From Planctomycetota bacterium (lineage in GTDB: Bacteria > Planctomycetota > UBA8108 > SXIK01): DNA of 64,000 nucleotides. Positions 58,783-64,000 of this stretch are shown here, one piece after another (the stretch's first letter is position 1; the number at the start of each line of letters is the position of its first letter). The stretch spans positions 4,608,001-4,672,000 of the forward strand of contig CBDCXR010000004.1 in the NCBI GenBank assembly GCA_965223845.1, given 5' to 3'. The translations under genes and the position numbers were made by a program. A model generated the notes under the pieces. It was not told the origin of the DNA and did not search any database. It saw only the letters and a list, made by a program, of their open reading frames with translations.

Positions 58783-60083
58783 CAGCGTCGTCCGAAGAGG
58801 TCACCGAATCCGAGTGCGATCGCGACGTGAAACACGATTCCGAACAAGAGAACGATCGCTAGCCACCGGTGGAAGAATCGCCATGCTCCGATGAGACCGC
58901 GCAGCTCGCGGCAGCGGACGAGCCAACGCCTCTCGCCCCAAAGCCGCACCGCGAGGGCGAGCGCGCGCTGCGCCTCCGAGTCCTGGCAGCGCTTGGCGGC
59001 ACGTTTCAGACGCGCGAGATCGCGCTGCCCTTCGGGATCTCCGCGCACGAGATTGACGATCGTGGCGATGGAAGCGAGCGGCCCTCGCCGTGAACCCTCG
59101 TCGTCGAGGGCGATGATCTTCGGATCGAAGCCGAGCTGGATCAGCTTCCGCCGGTAGACGGCGAGGCGGAGACGGATCGTCTCGAACTCGTTCTCCCGCC
59201 CTTCGAGGTAGCGCGGAACGTGCTTGTAGACAAAGCGGCCGGCCACGCCGCTCACGACGACGATGGCCATCGCCGTGAACGCGAGCATGCCGAGAACGCT
59301 GTGCGGGATAAACGCGGAGTGAAACGCGATGAGAATCGGACCGATGACGCCGGCGAGCATGTGGAACTCGAGCCATGCGCGAGTCGCGCTCGGGCGAACG
59401 CGCGCCGTCGATCGCTTGCGCACGAAGTAGTACATCGAGGCCGCCATGAGCGCCGTTCCGGCGAATCCAAGTGAGAGTCCGAGGACTCCCGATGGACGGA
59501 GCAGTGCGTGGAGATAGTGAAGCGGCCGCAGAGACGGAGTGAGGACGTAGTAACGCCAACCGATCACGGCGAGCACGACGGCGAGCGAGACGACGAAGGC
59601 GCCGGCCGCTCGACACGCCCACGTGAACCGCACACTGCGAGCTTCGTCGTCCGGGTGCGGCGCGAGTTCCTCGTCGATCTCGTGGTCGATCTCGCCTTCA
59701 ACGCGAGCGAGGAATCGGTCAAAGTCCGGATCTTCGAGCTCGTCCGCGCGACGAAGATACTCTTCGAAGACCGGGTCGAAGACCTCGCCCTCGCGGCCGA
59801 GGATCGTCCGCTTCGGATCGTCACTGCGAACGAAGAAGTCCTGCGCTTCGCGCTGAACCGCGGCGTCGTCGACCGCTTCTTCGCGCGCGGGAGTATCTGC
59901 AGAGTCGGCGGGAAAACGGGGCGCCGGATCCGCCGCCGGCGCGCTCTCGGCGCTGACCTCCGGCGGATCGGGAGACAGATCGACGTCGTCGGGAACGATG
60001 ACGACCGGTACGCGCTCGAGAATGAACACCTTGCGCCGAGTCGGCGCCGAGTCGCGCTCTAAGGTCTGCCCGTCGTCATTCAT
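58782..60083 (-). CDS. Inner-membrane protein with TM histidines (ferric-reductase / cytochrome b-like) and an acidic N-terminal extension
   Basis: About 5 TM segments; WLEFHMLAG, IAFHS, WRFFHRWL, FHV. Confidence 0.75.
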   Translation of the reverse strand: MNDDGQTLERDSAPTRRKVFILERVPVVIVPDDVDLSPDPPEVSAESAPAADPAPRFPADSADTPAREEAVDDAAVQREAQDFFVRSDDPKRTILGREGEVFDPVFEEYLRRADELEDPDFDRFLARVEGEIDHEIDEELAPHPDDEARSVRFTWACRAAGAFVVSLAVVLAVIGWRYYVLTPSLRPLHYLHALLRPSGVLGLSLGFAGTALMAASMYYFVRKRSTARVRPSATRAWLEFHMLAGVIGPILIAFHSAFIPHSVLGMLAFTAMAIVVVSGVAGRFVYKHVPRYLEGRENEFETIRLRLAVYRRKLIQLGFDPKIIALDDEGSRRGPLASIATIVNLVRGDPEGQRDLARLKRAAKRCQDSEAQRALALAVRLWGERRWLVRCRELRGLIGAWRFFHRWLAIVLLFGIVFHVAIALGFGDLFGRR

Positions 60084-61441
60084 GATCGCGTCCGGACGAA
60101 ATACTCCGCGGCGGCCGCTTCCTCGCCGCCGAAGGAGACGCCGATCTCTCGAAGGAGCGGATAGGGAGGCTCTCCCCCGGCGAACACGAACACGTAGTCG
60201 TTCGGGAGGAGAGTCGACTTCGTCGCACCGTTCTCGTCGATTGCGAGCGTCACGGAGTCGTCGTCGATGCGCTCGACGTTCGAGCGAAACAAGATCTTGA
60301 GTCGACCCTCGTCAGCGAAGCGCGCGACGCGCTCGGCGTTCCGCGCCTTCAGCCGAAAGAACGCGTCTCGACGATAGGACAGGGTGACGTCATTCTCTCC
60401 GTGGTCGGCGAGCGCCGTCGCCGCTTCGATTGCGCTGTCACCTCCGCCCACGACGAGGACGCGTTCTCGTTCGTACGTCGCAGCGTCGATGAGCTGATAG
60501 AGAACCTTCGCGCTCTCCTCTCCCGGCACTCCGAGACGTCTAGGAGTTCCGCGCCGACCGAGTGCGAGAAGCACGGTGCGCGCGGCGATCGTTCCCGTCG
60601 ACGTCTCAGCGAGAAGAGAGTCTCCGCTCCGCTCGACGCCGCGGAGCTTCACGCCCGAACGGACGCGCAGGCCGAAGCGGGCGACGATCTTTTCCCAGAA
60701 CTCGATCAGCTCTTCCTTGAGAAACTCTTCGCGAGCGACTCTCCCGTAGAGCGGTAGCTGCACCGGGCCGGTCAGGGTGAGCTTTCGCCGCGGGTACTTT
60801 CGAACCGTTCCGCCGATGTCGTCCTGATCGATCGTGATGTAGCTGAGCCCGCGCTCGATGGCTCGGAGGCTCGCGGCGAACCCCGCTGGACCTGCACCGA
60901 CGATGAGAACGTCGACGGCGTCGCTCTCGGGTTCGGGTGCCGACGCGAGGCGCTCGGCGATTGCGTCGATCGCCCGCGCGCCCTGCTCGACGGCGATGCG
61001 GATGAGCGCCATCCCGCCGAGCTCACCGGCGATGTAGACGCCGGGGACGGTCGTCTCGAACTGCTCGCTGAGAACCGGAAGATCGGTTCGGCCGCTCGTA
61101 TCGCCGAGCCCGATCGTCACCGCCGCGACGGGACAAGCGTCGGCGCAGCGCCCGTGCCCGATGCAGCGCGCGCCGTGGATCACCTTGGCGACGCCGTCGA
61201 CGAGACCGAGGACGTTTTCCTCGGGGCAGGCTTCGATGCAGCTCCCGCAGCCGATGCACGCGTACGGATCGATCTGCGGGTGCTGCGCGATGGGAACGCT
61301 CGAGCCTCCCGCGTGTGCCGCGCTCAGATGCTCTGCCGCCTGGTTCCGGTGATGCTCGTCGATCTGCCTCTGCCACACGGCGAGAAGCGCGAGCACCACG
61401 AGGAGGACAGCGAGAACGCCGAGAAGGGTGATGTAATCCAA
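60080..61441 (-). CDS. Membrane-anchored 2x[4Fe-4S] ferredoxin / thioredoxin-reductase-fold FAD-NAD(P)H oxidoreductase
   Basis: N-terminal TM; CIGCGSCIEACP and CIGHGRCADACP; GAGPAG; GGGDSAIE; SYRR; TTG start. Confidence 0.9.
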   Translation of the reverse strand: MDYITLLGVLAVLLVVLALLAVWQRQIDEHHRNQAAEHLSAAHAGGSSVPIAQHPQIDPYACIGCGSCIEACPEENVLGLVDGVAKVIHGARCIGHGRCADACPVAAVTIGLGDTSGRTDLPVLSEQFETTVPGVYIAGELGGMALIRIAVEQGARAIDAIAERLASAPEPESDAVDVLIVGAGPAGFAASLRAIERGLSYITIDQDDIGGTVRKYPRRKLTLTGPVQLPLYGRVAREEFLKEELIEFWEKIVARFGLRVRSGVKLRGVERSGDSLLAETSTGTIAARTVLLALGRRGTPRRLGVPGEESAKVLYQLIDAATYERERVLVVGGGDSAIEAATALADHGENDVTLSYRRDAFFRLKARNAERVARFADEGRLKILFRSNVERIDDDSVTLAIDENGATKSTLLPNDYVFVFAGGEPPYPLLREIGVSFGGEEAAAAEYFVRTRS

Positions 61442-61546
61442 AACGTACTCCGCAGCGTCTCAAACTGCCCATCCCGTCCTCTCGAGAAGGACAGCGAAGC
61501 CGGTCGAGATCGGAGGCGTAGATCTGAAGTGAAACGAGTCGAACGT

Positions 61547-61564
61547 AACCGCCGTGCGGCGGTT
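61547..61564. promoter_or_regulatory. Palindrome in the divergent promoter region (candidate operator)
   Basis: AACCGCCG-TG-CGGCGGTT, about 105 bp upstream of the cytochrome operon start. Confidence 0.35.
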
Positions 61565-61995
61565 GCTCGGTCCCATAATCGGCGAGTGGATCGCCCTTAG
61601 ACCGAACGTGCGGGAAGCGGATCCTTGATCAGACTTCGGCAGCTCTCGCGCGCTTCTTCGCGTCGAATTCACCCCCGGCCGAGACCGGGGCCGAGAACGT
61701 GCGGCTGCGGCTCGAGTGCGCGGTCGGAAGTGCGGTCTCGTCTCGCATCTCTCGCCGATGGCGCGACCTACGCGATGGTTCCCGTCTCGGCGGCCACCGG
61801 TGATACCGGCCCTTCGTTCCGGTCGTTGTTCGCCGTCTGCGACGAGGCCGCGTCCCGGTCGATTCGCCGGTTTCGTCTTTCGAGCCTCCGCGCTACGCTG
61901 TCCCTTCGTGGCCGGCGACGAAACGCCCGCGTTGCGGCGATCGCTCGGTCCGGGCGCCGCCTAGCCGAGGCTCAGAGAGAGCGTGAGGTCGATCG

Positions 61996-63504
61996 ATGTG
62001 GATCCCGAAGTGGGAGCGTGACCGAGAGAACGGAGTCGACTCGCCCGTGCCGACTCAGGTCGTTTCGAACGAAGAGTTCATCCCGCGGCCACAAACGCGC
62101 GAGCAGAAGCAAGTGGAGCGACTGATCGGCGAACTCGCTGACGAGAAAGCGAAGCGTCTCGGACTCGACCGCCGCTCGTTTCTGCGCACCTCGATGGGGA
62201 TGGCGACGGCTTTTCTCGCAAGCAATATGGTCTACGGCCCCCACTGGGAGGTCAGCGCCGAGGAAACTCTCGAGCCCGCGGCGAACGACGAGCGCTGGCC
62301 GAAGGGAGAGTACTTCATCTTCGACGTACAGACCCACTTCACGAACGGACGCGCGATCGGATTCCGCAACATGGAGTTCATGCGCAACATGGGATTCGAT
62401 CTGAAGGACGACGCCGAGGCCTACGGCTTCCCGAACTTCGTGAAAGAGCTGTTCTTCGACAGCGAGACGAGCATGATCGTCATTTCCGGTGTCCCGGGGA
62501 AGGAAGAGCAGCGCGGAGTGGACGGCACGATTCTCGAAGGAAAGGACCGCGGCGGCGGTCTCCTTCCGAGCTGGCTCATGTCGATGCGAAAGGGCGAGAT
62601 CAACGGTCTCGCCGACTCACAACGCGCGCTTTGCCAGGGCAACTGCGCCCCCAATCACTATTGGGATCGGACGAAGAACGCGCCGGATCACACCGCGCTC
62701 TTCGAACAGATGGAGCGCGAGGTCAAGGACTACGGCATCGATTCGTGGAAGTGGTACTGCCACACGGACCCGGGACGATCCGGGGGCGGATTCAAGCTCG
62801 ACGACGAGACGATGACCTATCCCTTCTATGAAAAATCGAAGGCGCTCGGTCTCAAGATCTTCAGCGTGCACAAGGGATTCGCGTCGCAGTCGCGCCGTCT
62901 CGGTCATCTCGCGCATCCGCGCGACATCGAAAAGGCGGCGCTCGACCACCCGGATTTGACGTTCATCGTGTACCACTCGGCACTCAAGCACGGACCGATG
63001 GAGCCACAGTTTCGGCGTGACGGCTTCTACGATCCGACGACGGGTGATTTCGAATGGCACGCCGACTTGATGGCGATCAAGAAACGCAATCCGAAGCTGT
63101 CGAACGTCTACTGCGAGATCGGCTCGTCATTCGGAATGCTCGCGATAGCCCATCCCGAGATGTGCATGCACCTCATGGGCGCCAACATAAAGCACTACGG
63201 CGTCGACCACGTCATCTGGGGGACGGACTGCCTCTGGTGGGGATCACCGCAATGGGTGATCGACGCATTCAAGCGGTTTCAGATCTCCGACGAGTTGTGC
63301 GCTAAATTCGGATACAAGAAGCTCACGAAGGAAGACAAGGCCAAGATCTTCGGCCTCAACGCGGCGCGGGTGTACGGTGTCGACGTCGACGCGGCGCGGA
63401 AGGGAATCTCCCGCGACGGGCTCGACAAGCTGAAGACGGCTTACCTCGACCGCGGCGGCCACCGCGAGAACGCAGCCTACGGTTGGGTACGTGCGCATGG
63501 CTGA
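61996..63504 (+). CDS. Amidohydrolase-family TIM-barrel metalloprotein
   Basis: [43 protein letters not shown]; internal DRRSFL motif. Confidence 0.88.
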   Translation: MWIPKWERDRENGVDSPVPTQVVSNEEFIPRPQTREQKQVERLIGELADEKAKRLGLDRRSFLRTSMGMATAFLASNMVYGPHWEVSAEETLEPAANDERWPKGEYFIFDVQTHFTNGRAIGFRNMEFMRNMGFDLKDDAEAYGFPNFVKELFFDSETSMIVISGVPGKEEQRGVDGTILEGKDRGGGLLPSWLMSMRKGEINGLADSQRALCQGNCAPNHYWDRTKNAPDHTALFEQMEREVKDYGIDSWKWYCHTDPGRSGGGFKLDDETMTYPFYEKSKALGLKIFSVHKGFASQSRRLGHLAHPRDIEKAALDHPDLTFIVYHSALKHGPMEPQFRRDGFYDPTTGDFEWHADLMAIKKRNPKLSNVYCEIGSSFGMLAIAHPEMCMHLMGANIKHYGVDHVIWGTDCLWWGSPQWVIDAFKRFQISDELCAKFGYKKLTKEDKAKIFGLNAARVYGVDVDAARKGISRDGLDKLKTAYLDRGGHRENAAYGWVRAHG

Positions 63505-64000
63505 ACCGGTGGCTCCTCGCTTCGTTCTGCTCGTCACCGTCGCGCTCGCGGGTGGCTGCCACTCCCAAGCGGGCGGCAGTCTCAATCGGCCGGTCGACGG
63601 TCGCGCGGGCTTCGACTGGGGGTCGGATCACGTCGGACTCCCGCTTCCGGTGATGACGAGCGGAGATGAGTGCCTCTTTTGCCACCGGGAGAGGGTCGGA
63701 GCGACTTGGACGGACGACCCGCACGCACGGAGCCTCCGCGAGCTGACCGAAGACGATTCGGAGTACCGCGCCCTTCGCGAGTCGCCGCCGCGAGCCGCCG
63801 AGGCGGAATTCGTCCTCGGGTCGGGGGAGCGGACGCGTCTCCTCCGCTCGATTGGCTACGGCCGCCTCGCGCTCCTCGAAGACGATGACTGGAACGCGGA
63901 GACCTTCGCGGCGAGTTGCTCCGGCTGCCACGCGACCGGAGCCGACGCGGAGACGGGGACGTTCGTCGCGGTCTCCCTCGAGTGTTCGGTCTGTCACGGC
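63497..64000 (+). CDS. Multiheme cytochrome c lipoprotein, truncated by the window end (at least 3 CxxCH)
   Basis: Manual translation [21 protein letters not shown]...ECLFCH...SCSGCHATG...LECSVCHG; open to the edge; overlaps the amidohydrolase stop by 8 nt; absent from the ORF track. Confidence 0.85.
   Translation, partial: MAEPVAPRFVLLVTVALAGGCHSQAGGSLNRPVDGRAGFDWGSDHVGLPLPVMTSGDECLFCHRERVGATWTDDPHARSLRELTEDDSEYRALRESPPRAAEAEFVLGSGERTRLLRSIGYGRLALLEDDDWNAETFAASCSGCHATGADAETGTFVAVSLECSVCHG

Overview
High-GC bacterial genomic DNA, most likely from a Planctomycetota-type organism. This is inferred from gene content: an ECF sigma factor with a large membrane-anchored extension, DUF1501, tandem DUF1080, a sulfatase, a dockerin-like module and a GSDH-cytochrome fusion. 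There are about 43 CDS; I saw no rRNA, tRNA or CRISPR array. The main finding is a minus-strand cluster at 51373-61441 whose gene order follows a plausible inside-to-outside electron path. It encodes a membrane-anchored, circularly permuted thioredoxin-reductase-fold flavoprotein with a 2x[4Fe-4S] domain, a His-rich inner-membrane protein, a 20-heme cytochrome, a 10-heme cytochrome, an outer-membrane beta-barrel and an 11-heme lipoprotein (41 CxxCH motifs counted by eye). This is a candidate NAD(P)H-coupled porin-cytochrome conduit. A stress/energy cluster at 10.7-22.2 kb (site-2 protease, CBS protein, cytochrome c, ppsA, Ca-ATPase, Ca exchanger, Hsp20) has correctly spaced sigma54 -24/-12 motifs before its transcription units and is interrupted by a RAYT-type transposase. 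A further multiheme lipoprotein, missing from the ORF track, runs off the right edge. All calls come from motif reading only; no database searches were run.
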